IMG/VR virus record: IMGVR_UViG_3300020172_001601
Coordinates: 186,001 to 250,000 of that record
DNA length: 64,000 bases
Reading direction: 5' to 3' (one strand)
Under the pieces are notes generated by a model that had not been told where the DNA came from, ran no database searches, and saw only the letters and a list, made by a program, of their open reading frames with translations. The position numbers and the translations under genes are program-made. Positions 53,591 to 61,978 of this stretch are shown one piece after another. Positions within the stretch are counted from its first letter, which is position 1. Each line of letters begins with the position of its first letter.

Positions 53591-54601
53591 ATGGGCATGT
53601 TCAGTTGGAAGTGCAAAGGCTGTGGCCACGAACTCATTGAACGAGAATTAGTCCGTTTGAACGGACAGGTTCAAGAGTATGATGGCTATGGTGGATCAGC
53701 CGCCAATAGTGGCGATTATGATCCTTCTGCATGGCACAACCGCTGTTACAAGAAGGCATCCCGTCCACACCAGCTTGAAGAGTCCGCAAGCAGCCACGCC
53801 CCGAACCAAGGATTCGGCCCATCGAAGCTAGAGTTTTTGTCTGGATACGATGAAAATGTTCCTGTCGGTGAATTCACCGTTATGGTTTATGCAAGTCATC
53901 ATACGGAACAGGAAAGCCGTCAATTTGACTTTTACTACACCAACAACGGAAAGCTGGAAGACCAGCGTGAATATCAGGAGCAATACGACAAGGCTGGCGA
54001 AGATGCCGAATTCGACTACGACGCATGGCTGAAACTGTCAGATGCCGACCGGGAAATCGCACACAAAGAACATCAAGACAAGCTCCGATTGTCTGTTGAG
54101 GTATTGTTAGGCTCGGCTATGCCTCGAATCAATGCCAAGACCTTTGCATCATTGCAAGAGGCAATCGACGCAGTGGACGCTGTGTTGCCAGAACTCCCCG
54201 CTGAATTAGGTGGCGAATACGACTTAACCATTTATGGAAAGCAGGGCAAGATTGAAGGCGCTGTTTACCAACGCTCTGTTAGTCGAAAATACGACCGCAC
54301 TGGCGAGAATTGGGTCAAGTTGGACGTATTGGAAGTCGAAGAATCATATCGTCTCGGCTCAGACAAAGCTGGCCTTGCCGATGAACAGTTGGATTTGGCA
54401 ATAGAACGATTCAACGAAGCCCAACAAGCGCTCAATGATGCTTCCGAGGCACTTGGTCGTGCTGCACAACCGTTCGTCAACACAGACGACAAAGAAAAGC
54501 TACATGAATTGGCTGATCGTCTGCCAAAGGCGTGGTCAGGAGTTCGTAGGGTTTACGAAAAGCTAATTGGGCTTGAACCTGACAAAGAGCAAACTCTCTA
54601 G
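53591..54601 (+). CDS. hypothetical protein
   Basis: 336-aa ORF; N-terminal CKGC. Confidence 0.75.
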   Translation: MGMFSWKCKGCGHELIERELVRLNGQVQEYDGYGGSAANSGDYDPSAWHNRCYKKASRPHQLEESASSHAPNQGFGPSKLEFLSGYDENVPVGEFTVMVYASHHTEQESRQFDFYYTNNGKLEDQREYQEQYDKAGEDAEFDYDAWLKLSDADREIAHKEHQDKLRLSVEVLLGSAMPRINAKTFASLQEAIDAVDAVLPELPAELGGEYDLTIYGKQGKIEGAVYQRSVSRKYDRTGENWVKLDVLEVEESYRLGSDKAGLADEQLDLAIERFNEAQQALNDASEALGRAAQPFVNTDDKEKLHELADRLPKAWSGVRRVYEKLIGLEPDKEQTL

Positions 54602-54632
54602 GAGATTGCAAACCAACAATAGGAGTAGCGAA

Positions 54633-54938
54633 ATGCCTTCAGTATACGAAATGGAACATGAGCCAGAAGTTGCCAAAGTCCTTGATGGGATGCGGCTGAA
54701 AATGGCTGAAGTGTTCGGCGTTACTGTCACAGGCAATCGCTGCACAGTTCGATGGACTATGGATGGGCAGTTGGTCGATGTTCACATGATTATTGAGAAC
54801 GTCACCACGCCCGATGAACATCGCCAACATATGGAGCAATACGCTCGTATGGAGGCCCTGCTCAAGAAATACGAAAAGAAGTTTCCCGATCTCCGGGAAG
54901 AACTCGCTCACGCTGAAACTGGTGAATGGAGCAAGTGA
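54633..54938 (+). CDS. hypothetical protein
   Basis: AGGAG SD. Confidence 0.7.
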   Translation: MPSVYEMEHEPEVAKVLDGMRLKMAEVFGVTVTGNRCTVRWTMDGQLVDVHMIIENVTTPDEHRQHMEQYARMEALLKKYEKKFPDLREELAHAETGEWSK

Positions 54939-55660
54939 TGAAAGACACAATTGAAGTTGGAATCTACTCGCACAATTTGTCAATTTCATTTCATGAAGTG
55001 GAAGGCGAAGAATATCAAGTAAATTTCTACGCCAGTCTAATGGGCTATTTAGGAGAAAGCGACGACGACGTTCAAGTTGCTCATGTGGAAGGAACCATTG
55101 CCACATTGCCTCACAGGGTTGGAAAAGGAATAAACAGAATATTTCCATTAGAAGTTGGAGAGCATTTTTATGCTTATCCGGCACTGTCTCCATTGTATCT
55201 TGCAAACGGTCATTTGAGTGACCGCATGTGGGCAAAAGTTGGTGGAGATGAGTTTTCAACAAGAGCAATCTATGTTGATAAAGTGGTAGTAGAAAAAGGC
55301 TTCACTTCCACCAATCTGGGAGCGAAGTTGGTAATCGCTGCCATGAAACTCATTTACAAAATTCTTCAGGAAGAACTGCCAGTCATTGCCATTCTTGGCA
55401 GTTACGATGGATATGCCGAACGTGGAAAATCGGTAAGAAAATATTTCAAGAGGCATGGGTTCAAACCACTCAAGCCGAAAGAAGAATTGGCTCATTTTTT
55501 GCCAATATCGACTATCAGAATGGCACCTAGCATTGAAGATGTTCAAGTTTTTTTTAGCGAACAAAAGAAAAACAGAAAGCTAAAGAAGAAGTCGCTTACT
55601 TTGCGAGAGCAGCTTGCTCTTGCAAATGCAAATTCAAAAGGAGCAAGTGATGAAACGTAG
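54938..55660 (+). CDS. GNAT-fold-like protein
   Basis: IYVDKVVVEKGFTSTNLGAKLV..RKYFKRHGF; tentative. Confidence 0.5.
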   Translation: MKDTIEVGIYSHNLSISFHEVEGEEYQVNFYASLMGYLGESDDDVQVAHVEGTIATLPHRVGKGINRIFPLEVGEHFYAYPALSPLYLANGHLSDRMWAKVGGDEFSTRAIYVDKVVVEKGFTSTNLGAKLVIAAMKLIYKILQEELPVIAILGSYDGYAERGKSVRKYFKRHGFKPLKPKEELAHFLPISTIRMAPSIEDVQVFFSEQKKNRKLKKKSLTLREQLALANANSKGASDET

Positions 55661-56096
55661 CAAGCCCTACATCGACCCCGAAAGAATCGAAGAACCACCT
55701 GAAGTGGACCTGGCGCAACTGCGTCAACTCACTGAGCAGGCCATTCAGCGGGGCAAATGGAAAGAAGAAAAACGACTGGCTGACATTAAGGCCGAAGAAG
55801 AACGCAAGGCCAAACGTGACCAGTTGTTCGCAGCTACGGTATTGGCCGAGTTTCCCGACAAGTGTGAGAAGGAAGCAGGTCGAGGCCGATCCCACGCCAT
55901 CATCATGGGTCTGAAATACGACCGAGATTACACCTACCAAGGCAGTAATTTCAATACGTTGTCGCATGACCGACTTACAGGCCCAGGAGCAATAGTCTGG
56001 AACTACCTGCAAGCAGCCGGACTCAAACCCACTATTGAGTATTGGCACGACGGCATGGGCATGGACAGTGGCTTTAACATCGTAGTTCATTGGTAA
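55650..56096 (+). CDS. hypothetical protein
   Basis: AAGGAG SD. Confidence 0.7.
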   Translation: MKRSKPYIDPERIEEPPEVDLAQLRQLTEQAIQRGKWKEEKRLADIKAEEERKAKRDQLFAATVLAEFPDKCEKEAGRGRSHAIIMGLKYDRDYTYQGSNFNTLSHDRLTGPGAIVWNYLQAAGLKPTIEYWHDGMGMDSGFNIVVHW

Positions 56097-56107
56097 GGTA
56101 CTAATCC

Positions 56108-56632
56108 ATGTGCATGACTCAACGTGTTGCTTCTGAAAAGCTAGTCTCTTTGGTGCCGCAGAGTGCCTACAAGGTGTTCTCCCGCACCAAAGATGGACAG
56201 CTTCAGTCTGTCTTTGTCCCGACCTTCAAAGCGGGATTGATCTATCCACCCAATCAACGCATTCGAGTGGATACTGAAGACGCCACGTTCTTCGCCTTCG
56301 AGAACTTCAAGAACGCAATATCCATTGCCCGGCAAGGCCGCAAGCGATGGAATATGGTCAACGGCGACCTAATCGTATTGCCTGTCACAATGCACGAAAT
56401 CGTCGCAACAGGCAAGTACCACGTCCCCAGCGAAGACATTCAGTGCTTGGATGGGTATTACCCAGCCTTCGAGTCCAAAGAAATCGAAGTTCACGACTCT
56501 GAGGAAAATCGCAACGCCTTCTACGACGCTGTATTGTCGCAGTGGTTGAAGACAGCACAATATGGCATGTCCAAGATCGACAAAGAGGCTTTTGCCGCTC
56601 GTGTTCCACACTTGGCCGAAGTTTTCAAATAG
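56108..56632 (+). CDS. hypothetical protein
   Basis: Packed ORF. Confidence 0.7.
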   Translation: MCMTQRVASEKLVSLVPQSAYKVFSRTKDGQLQSVFVPTFKAGLIYPPNQRIRVDTEDATFFAFENFKNAISIARQGRKRWNMVNGDLIVLPVTMHEIVATGKYHVPSEDIQCLDGYYPAFESKEIEVHDSEENRNAFYDAVLSQWLKTAQYGMSKIDKEAFAARVPHLAEVFK

Positions 56633-56635
56633 CCT

Positions 56636-56664
56636 TGAACCTGAGAGCTAAGTCGCTCTCTTGG
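56636..56664 (+). promoter_or_regulatory. class II motif
   Basis: TGAACC-N14-CTCTCTTGG with GAGAGC/GCTCTC stem. Confidence 0.7.
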
Positions 56665-56682
56665 TATTCAGGAGATCAAATC

Positions 56683-57063
56683 ATGTGTGGAATACGAGGC
56701 ATCTGTGATGAGTGCGGAATAGAGTGCGATTCCGTCACTGTGGACGAAGGAATCGGCCCCTATGAGTATTGGGGCAGTCGTGGTGTTCATCACGATTACG
56801 TCGAACGCTCGCCATGCTGTCATGCTGAAGTCGTTGAAGGTGGAAACTCACTGGTTCGGATCAGCGACCATACTGCTCGCCGTGACCATAAGCGTGGCGG
56901 CATCAAGAAGGGTGATCGTTATCGAGTTGTTGTTACTCGATGCTGGCGTCGGCATGGGCCACACTGGATTAGCACCCGCAAGATCAAGAGCAATACGCCT
57001 GCTCCGGTGTTTGGGAAATTCAAATTCCTGAAAGGGGCGCAAAGTGAAGGTCAAGTGGGATAA
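56683..57063 (+). CDS. Cys-containing hypothetical protein
   Basis: AGGAG SD; CDEC..PCC. Confidence 0.7.
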   Translation: MCGIRGICDECGIECDSVTVDEGIGPYEYWGSRGVHHDYVERSPCCHAEVVEGGNSLVRISDHTARRDHKRGGIKKGDRYRVVVTRCWRRHGPHWISTRKIKSNTPAPVFGKFKFLKGAQSEGQVG

Positions 57064-57098
57064 ACAAACTCCAACCAAAACAGAAAAGGAACCTGAAC

Positions 57099-57512
57099 AT
57101 GCCTTGCCGATCTGATTACATGGAACCCAATGCACGAGAAATCGAAAGCAAGCGGGTTTGTCAATTGCTCAAGTATCTTTTCGCTGCCGCCAATATCCCG
57201 GCCACCGCTCAGGTGATCGGGCGAGTTGAACAAGGCGCAAAGGAATTCTACGGCAACCCCGACAGCCTCGATGCCGACACCGACCTGCTTTGCCAGTTGC
57301 TACGGACACTTCCAGATGACACGGCGGCGACAGTCGTGTATGATGGTCGTAATCCCGAAGCACGCAAGCTCGCCGATTGGTGGGATCATCACCAAGCCGC
57401 TGACACCGAGCGTGAGGCCGAGGAAGAACACCGTCGCAACAATGAAGTTCTTCGGCAGCAAGCACTCAGCAAGCTGACGCCCGAAGAAATCGCCGCCTTG
57501 AGAATTAAGTAG
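57099..57512 (+). CDS. phage hypothetical protein (MPCRSDY start)
   Basis: AAGGA SD. Confidence 0.75.
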   Translation: MPCRSDYMEPNAREIESKRVCQLLKYLFAAANIPATAQVIGRVEQGAKEFYGNPDSLDADTDLLCQLLRTLPDDTAATVVYDGRNPEARKLADWWDHHQAADTEREAEEEHRRNNEVLRQQALSKLTPEEIAALRIK

Positions 57513-57523
57513 GATCGAGTCAG

Positions 57524-57916
57524 ATGTTCGCTCACGATTTTGCCAGAATAGTTGATGTTTTAACATTCAACACCAATTCTGGACATGACTTTTATATCGC
57601 CACCGTCCAGACCAATGAGGGCGAGCTATACTTGGCTCGCCAAGCTGGGTCTACTCGGTGGAATAAAAGGCTGGCCGATGCCTTGGTGGGCGGCGGGTAT
57701 TTCATCGGAGAGCGATACGCAAGGCAATGTGCCGATGAAATGTGTGGCATTTACAAAGATTTTCAGCCCGAACAAGTGGTTGTAAAGCAACTGGATATTG
57801 ATGATGCAGTGTCTCAATTGAACGCTGCATTTCAACAGGCCGTGTCAGAAATGGCAAAGGCCAAAGAGTTATCCAAGTCACAGAAGAGAACTTACCAATA
57901 TGACACTGGTAATTGA
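57524..57916 (+). CDS. hypothetical protein
   Basis: Packed ORF. Confidence 0.65.
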   Translation: MFAHDFARIVDVLTFNTNSGHDFYIATVQTNEGELYLARQAGSTRWNKRLADALVGGGYFIGERYARQCADEMCGIYKDFQPEQVVVKQLDIDDAVSQLNAAFQQAVSEMAKAKELSKSQKRTYQYDTGN

Positions 57917-58313
57917 CAAAAAAGGCCAACTATGGCAAATCGACAGGCGGGGTCACTATGTTATACATCGTGACCCCGCCCCTGCCGATGCAGTGGTTAT
58001 ACGGGCCGATTTCGAGGATGGCTTCACCGCCACTGCGGAAGAATATGCAACAGCTTTTGGCATAAGGAATTATAACATGCGTGTTTCAGCACAAACAACA
58101 ACATACGAACTGACAGTCACCGAACTCAAGAGCCTAATGGCAAAAGAATTGAATGTTGGTGAAGACAAAATCAACATTCGATTCTTGACTCGTGAGGTTG
58201 GCGACGACCGTTTTGGCCCAACCAGCCAAGAAACCTACGCTCTCGAAGTTATCGTGAGTGGACCCAAAGCAAATAACAATCCACATGACCTTATCAGTGG
58301 ACAGCCTAGATGA
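57900..58313 (+). CDS. hypothetical protein
   Basis: Packed ORF. Confidence 0.65.
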   Translation: MTLVIDKKGQLWQIDRRGHYVIHRDPAPADAVVIRADFEDGFTATAEEYATAFGIRNYNMRVSAQTTTYELTVTELKSLMAKELNVGEDKINIRFLTREVGDDRFGPTSQETYALEVIVSGPKANNNPHDLISGQPR

Positions 58314-58738
58314 TGACACCGCCATGCCCCATATGCAGTGAATATGTAAATGGTGGCATGACGCTCGTGCGTCACCTATGCAATAACCACGGACTCACTA
58401 CTGAAAAGGCCAACGATGTAGTTGATGATCTGTATGCGAAGATCAACGACAAAAGGAGAATAGGCGTGCCACCTGCTGCCCCACGAGAATTCACTGTGAT
58501 GTACGAACACCTGACTGGCGATCAATGCGAAGCATTGAAAGAACGAGTCAGGGACAAAGAGAAGGAATTCACCTGGGGAACCTATGGTCCTGACCGGGAT
58601 GAAGACCTTCAGAAGTACACCATCGACAAACTGTCTTCGCAGCACTTGGAAAACATCCTAATCACCCAGCCACAAATCCCCAATGAATTGGCGGCTGCAA
58701 TCCTCATGCTTTTGAAGAAACGATACGGGGCCTTATGA
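58310..58738 (+). CDS. hypothetical protein, N-terminal C2H2-like
   Basis: CPIC..HL..H; ATGA-coupled. Confidence 0.7.
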   Translation: MMTPPCPICSEYVNGGMTLVRHLCNNHGLTTEKANDVVDDLYAKINDKRRIGVPPAAPREFTVMYEHLTGDQCEALKERVRDKEKEFTWGTYGPDRDEDLQKYTIDKLSSQHLENILITQPQIPNELAAAILMLLKKRYGAL

Positions 58739-58875
58739 GAAAGAATACATCAGCCTTCGCAGGTTTCCTAATCATTTGGGGCTGCTGTATGATTGGCGCA
58801 CACACCAAATGGCAATTGGGACTCGCATCGTTCTTCGTGGCATCTGGTGTTGCATTTTACGCAAGAGAAAAATGA
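58735..58875 (+). CDS. 46-aa membrane peptide (not in track)
   Basis: ATGA overlaps at both ends; MRKNTSAFAGFLIIWGCCMIGAHTKWQLGLASFFVASGVAFYAREK*. Confidence 0.6.
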   Translation: MRKNTSAFAGFLIIWGCCMIGAHTKWQLGLASFFVASGVAFYAREK

Positions 58876-59153
58876 AAAAGAAAAAGAAACGTAAGGAATT
58901 CAAACGTGGCACGGTTGTCGTGTTTGAGCCAAAGAACTTCAACCCGGAGTATTGGGACAAACTCTCCGAGGAAGATCGAGTCAAATACTATGGCGCTCTC
59001 GGCTATGGCAGCAAGAAGCCCAAGTTCTTTGTCTATTTGACTAAGATCAGAAACGCTCCCGGTCATTGTGTACTCGTCTCGCTCGATGACCAGACAATCG
59101 AAACCATGAGACATGACAGTGACTTCAGAGAAGTGGAAGAGGATGAGTTCTAA
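58872..59153 (+). CDS. hypothetical protein
   Basis: ATGA-coupled start replaces track start 58776. Confidence 0.65.
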   Translation: MKKKKKRKEFKRGTVVVFEPKNFNPEYWDKLSEEDRVKYYGALGYGSKKPKFFVYLTKIRNAPGHCVLVSLDDQTIETMRHDSDFREVEEDEF

Positions 59154-59422
59154 TGAATAACTTTTGGGATTATCACGGCTGGCTGTTCATCTTGGCAATG
59201 TTCTTTTTTCCAAGACTCACCATGCTTTTCGCCACCACGGTCGGCGGTGGCTTTCTGTATTGGCTTGGCTGGCTGCTTGCCCCTCGACTGACTGTGGCCA
59301 TCCTCGCCACCATCCTGTTCCATGAACACAATACAGTGTTGCTGATCTTCACATGGATATGGGCCTTGGGCGGCGAAACCACCGAGAAGACCGTGATTCG
59401 ATCCAAAACCTCTTCGAGCTAA
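59153..59422 (+). CDS. small multi-TM membrane protein
   Basis: Three hydrophobic segments. Confidence 0.7.
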   Translation: MNNFWDYHGWLFILAMFFFPRLTMLFATTVGGGFLYWLGWLLAPRLTVAILATILFHEHNTVLLIFTWIWALGGETTEKTVIRSKTSSS

Positions 59423-59428
59423 ACAAGT

Positions 59429-59457
59429 TTTACAACGGCCTGTATTTGGGGTATAAT
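59429..59457 (+). promoter_or_regulatory. class I promoter of smpB, near-leaderless
   Basis: TTTACA-N17-TATAAT, ATG 8 nt later. Confidence 0.8.
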
Positions 59458-59465
59458 CACTCACT

Positions 59466-59906
59466 ATGAGCAATAATCAGGTCGTATGCCAGAACCGCAA
59501 AGCCCGTTTCGAGTACGAAGTTCTCGAAACGCTTGAAGCCGGTATTGTCCTTAAAGGGACTGAAATCAAATCGGTGAGACAACACCACGTCTCGCTCGAT
59601 GGTGCATTTGCCGTCGTTGCCAATGGCGAAGTCACGTTGGTAAATTGCAATATCGAACCATACAAACAGGGCAACGTCCACAACCACGAACCCAAGCGAC
59701 AACGACGACTGCTCCTGAACAAGTCCGAGATCGCCAAGTTCGCTGAGAAGGCCAAAGTCAAAGGGTTCACCCTCGTTCCCCTGTCCATGTACATCAAGAA
59801 TGGCAAGGCCAAGGTCGAACTGGCTGTATGCCGTGGCAAGCAAATTCACGACAAGCGACAGTCCATCAAGGACCGTGATCTTTCAAGGGAACTGAGGCAG
59901 CAATGA
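59466..59906 (+). CDS. smpB: SsrA(tmRNA)-binding protein SmpB
   Basis: QNRKARFEY..EAGIVLKGTEIKSVR..NHEPKR.RRLLL..GFTLVPL..KAKVELA..GKQ.HDKR. Confidence 0.97.
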   Translation: MSNNQVVCQNRKARFEYEVLETLEAGIVLKGTEIKSVRQHHVSLDGAFAVVANGEVTLVNCNIEPYKQGNVHNHEPKRQRRLLLNKSEIAKFAEKAKVKGFTLVPLSMYIKNGKAKVELAVCRGKQIHDKRQSIKDRDLSRELRQQ

Positions 59907-60172
59907 GTGAAGTAAAGTGTGTAAAAATTCGTGATATGGCGATTCTCGTTGACCGAGACATAGAGCCAGTAGGCAACAAATTGATTATCACTGGTTCTTA
60001 CTTTTGCTTTACGATAGACAATGTAAAAGCAAATGAAATTATTCGTTTGGGAAAATACCTTCAACAAGAAGGATTGAAACTCGCCGACGAGGGTGATTTG
60101 CCCGACGAACTTGAAGATGATGATGAGGAAGATTTGCCCGACGAACTTGAAGATGATGAGGAAGACGAATGA
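59903..60172 (+). CDS. hypothetical protein with duplicated acidic tail
   Basis: ATGA-coupled to smpB. Confidence 0.65.
   Translation: MSEVKCVKIRDMAILVDRDIEPVGNKLIITGSYFCFTIDNVKANEIIRLGKYLQQEGLKLADEGDLPDELEDDDEEDLPDELEDDEEDE
60095..60163 (+). repeat. tandem duplication, 36 nt plus 33 nt (DLPDELEDDDEE / DLPDELEDDEE)
   Basis: GATTTGCCCGACGAACTTGAAGATGATGA repeated exactly. Confidence 0.9.
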
Positions 60173-60414
60173 CATTCAAATTTGAAGTTGGACAAGAATA
60201 CCAAACTCAAGCTGGTGAAACCGTCAAGGTTCTCGGAAGAACGGACAACCCTGGATATGAATGCTTGATTTGTAGTGACAATAAGCATCGCTACGATAGG
60301 TCAACGCATTCTGATGACGCTGGACGAGTCACCGGAACCGATCACGATTATTCATGTCCAGATAACTTCGTGAGACAAGCAAATGAACAAGCGGGAAGCG
60401 TTCAAGCAAGCTAA
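60169..60414 (+). CDS. hypothetical protein
   Basis: ATGA-coupled. Confidence 0.65.
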   Translation: MTFKFEVGQEYQTQAGETVKVLGRTDNPGYECLICSDNKHRYDRSTHSDDAGRVTGTDHDYSCPDNFVRQANEQAGSVQAS

Positions 60415-60598
60415 GGCCATCTATCCTGGCCTGAAGCCCACAAGAGCGAGTGGTTTCACCCTGACCCAAGATGGTCAGGGTGTTATCGTTGCGGGATACG
60501 ATGAAGATGTAGTGATGGTCTTGCACAACGAGACTGACATATACAGACTCATGAATATGTGCCAGTTGGCTATTGAACGCAGAAAGAAAAAGAAATGA
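60383..60598 (+). CDS. hypothetical protein
   Basis: Packed ORF. Confidence 0.6.
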   Translation: MNKREAFKQAKAIYPGLKPTRASGFTLTQDGQGVIVAGYDEDVVMVLHNETDIYRLMNMCQLAIERRKKKK

Positions 60599-61317
60599 CA
60601 TTCATATTCTCGCCAGCAACACAAGCCGACTTGGTGATCGCTGAGTTGCCCTTTGAAGACACACTGTCGCAAATCACCAACGAAGACAATTATGTTGACA
60701 TTGATATTGCCGGGAAAGCATATCCTGTCAATATGGGTGCGTCACGGCTACGCATCATCAAGAAAAGCCCTGTTTGCGCCTGCTGTGGCATCCGAGCAAC
60801 TGAATGCTCCCTCGATCTTGATGCCCAATCCACCAAAGAAGCTGGCGAACTCCGCTATCACGTCAATTTCTATGCTGCCACCGGGGTCAAGGATCATGAC
60901 CACCAACATATGATCCTGTTCACCAGGGACCATATTGTTCCGAAGTTCAAAGGCGGCGATGAATCTGAAGAGAATTCACAAACTCTCTGCTTCAATTGCA
61001 ATTGCCTCAAAGACTCCACCGAAATGGACTTGGAACACATGAGGAAGGCCCTCTTCCCGGCCTACCGTGCCTACCAATCGTCCAAAGCCCTGAATCTCGC
61101 CAAAGATCGTCTGCACATGCACTACGTTCGTTTGGAAAAGGCCAATAGAGCCGTCGAGAACATCACACAGGCCCTCACTATTGTCACCGACCACCGGGCC
61201 GAAGGCTTAAAAGACAAGCGGGACAAGAGTGCAGAAACAGCGACGAAGTTGCTCTCTTATATTGAACAAGTTGAACGTCAATCCCAACTCAATGGTGTTG
61301 TTCCAAAGGTAGAATGA
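60595..61317 (+). CDS. HNH endonuclease-domain protein (same family as 4169..5107)
   Basis: CACC..LFTRDHIVPKFKGGDESEENSQTLCFNCNCLK. Confidence 0.8.
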   Translation: MTFIFSPATQADLVIAELPFEDTLSQITNEDNYVDIDIAGKAYPVNMGASRLRIIKKSPVCACCGIRATECSLDLDAQSTKEAGELRYHVNFYAATGVKDHDHQHMILFTRDHIVPKFKGGDESEENSQTLCFNCNCLKDSTEMDLEHMRKALFPAYRAYQSSKALNLAKDRLHMHYVRLEKANRAVENITQALTIVTDHRAEGLKDKRDKSAETATKLLSYIEQVERQSQLNGVVPKVE

Positions 61318-61667
61318 AAATGAATACAATTGACAGAACAAAAAAATTATTGTTAGTTCTTTGGAACGGCAATTATGACCATGCCTTTATTTGCAGTGAC
61401 AAAGTTGGATATTATGACAAGGGCGACCGTCATGAAAAAGAAATTGCAAAACATCTAAGCAAACCCGGCACTCAAGTTGTATTTCTGTCAGACAATACAG
61501 AGCATGATGACACCGAAATCATCTTTGATGAGTATTTGCCCAATATCATTGAAGGGAAAAATTCCCCAGATGATTATGGTTTTGAAGTCACATCGGTCTT
61601 CAATACACTTGGCGAATGGGCTGGAGAAGACGAAGACGAAGACGAAGACGAGGAACTTGACGAATGA
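61314..61667 (+). CDS. hypothetical protein, (ED)n tail
   Basis: ATGA-coupled. Confidence 0.65.
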   Translation: MKMNTIDRTKKLLLVLWNGNYDHAFICSDKVGYYDKGDRHEKEIAKHLSKPGTQVVFLSDNTEHDDTEIIFDEYLPNIIEGKNSPDDYGFEVTSVFNTLGEWAGEDEDEDEDEELDE

Positions 61668-61975
61668 TCGTATTAGAAGGTGGACAATATCGCAAGTTTA
61701 AGAGCAAAAAGCCTAAACTATGCGATTGCACGGTCGGTGTTGACCCTAATAGCCACCAACCACACCTGCTGAGATGTAAGAATGTGGCTCAGTATCTTTG
61801 GTTCTCTAGGCACTGGTTCCTGGAAATCACCAAAGAATCTACTGAGCCTATTTTCTTTAACATTCCAGCAATAGTCTGCGAATCTTGCCTCGAACGGCTC
61901 AAATTGACCAAACCGCCCAGCGACCTAGACAAATACCGGGAACTGCATAAAAAGAACAAAAGTGCGGCTAAATAA
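61664..61975 (+). CDS. hypothetical protein
   Basis: ATGA-coupled. Confidence 0.6.
   Translation: MIVLEGGQYRKFKSKKPKLCDCTVGVDPNSHQPHLLRCKNVAQYLWFSRHWFLEITKESTEPIFFNIPAIVCESCLERLKLTKPPSDLDKYRELHKKNKSAAK
61968..61974 (+). promoter_or_regulatory. class III (late-type) motif CTAAATA
   Basis: 4 nt before ATG 61979. Confidence 0.65.
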
Positions 61976-61978
61976 AGC

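Noticed and set aside
58776-58871. Track's N-terminal extension of ORF 58776..59153
   Set aside because: Region is better explained by a 46-aa membrane ORF (58735..58875) coupled by ATGA overlaps at both ends.
61626-61650. (GAAGAC)n microsatellite as a phase-variation switch
   Set aside because: In-frame hexamer encoding an Asp/Glu tail at the gene end; length change would not shift the frame.
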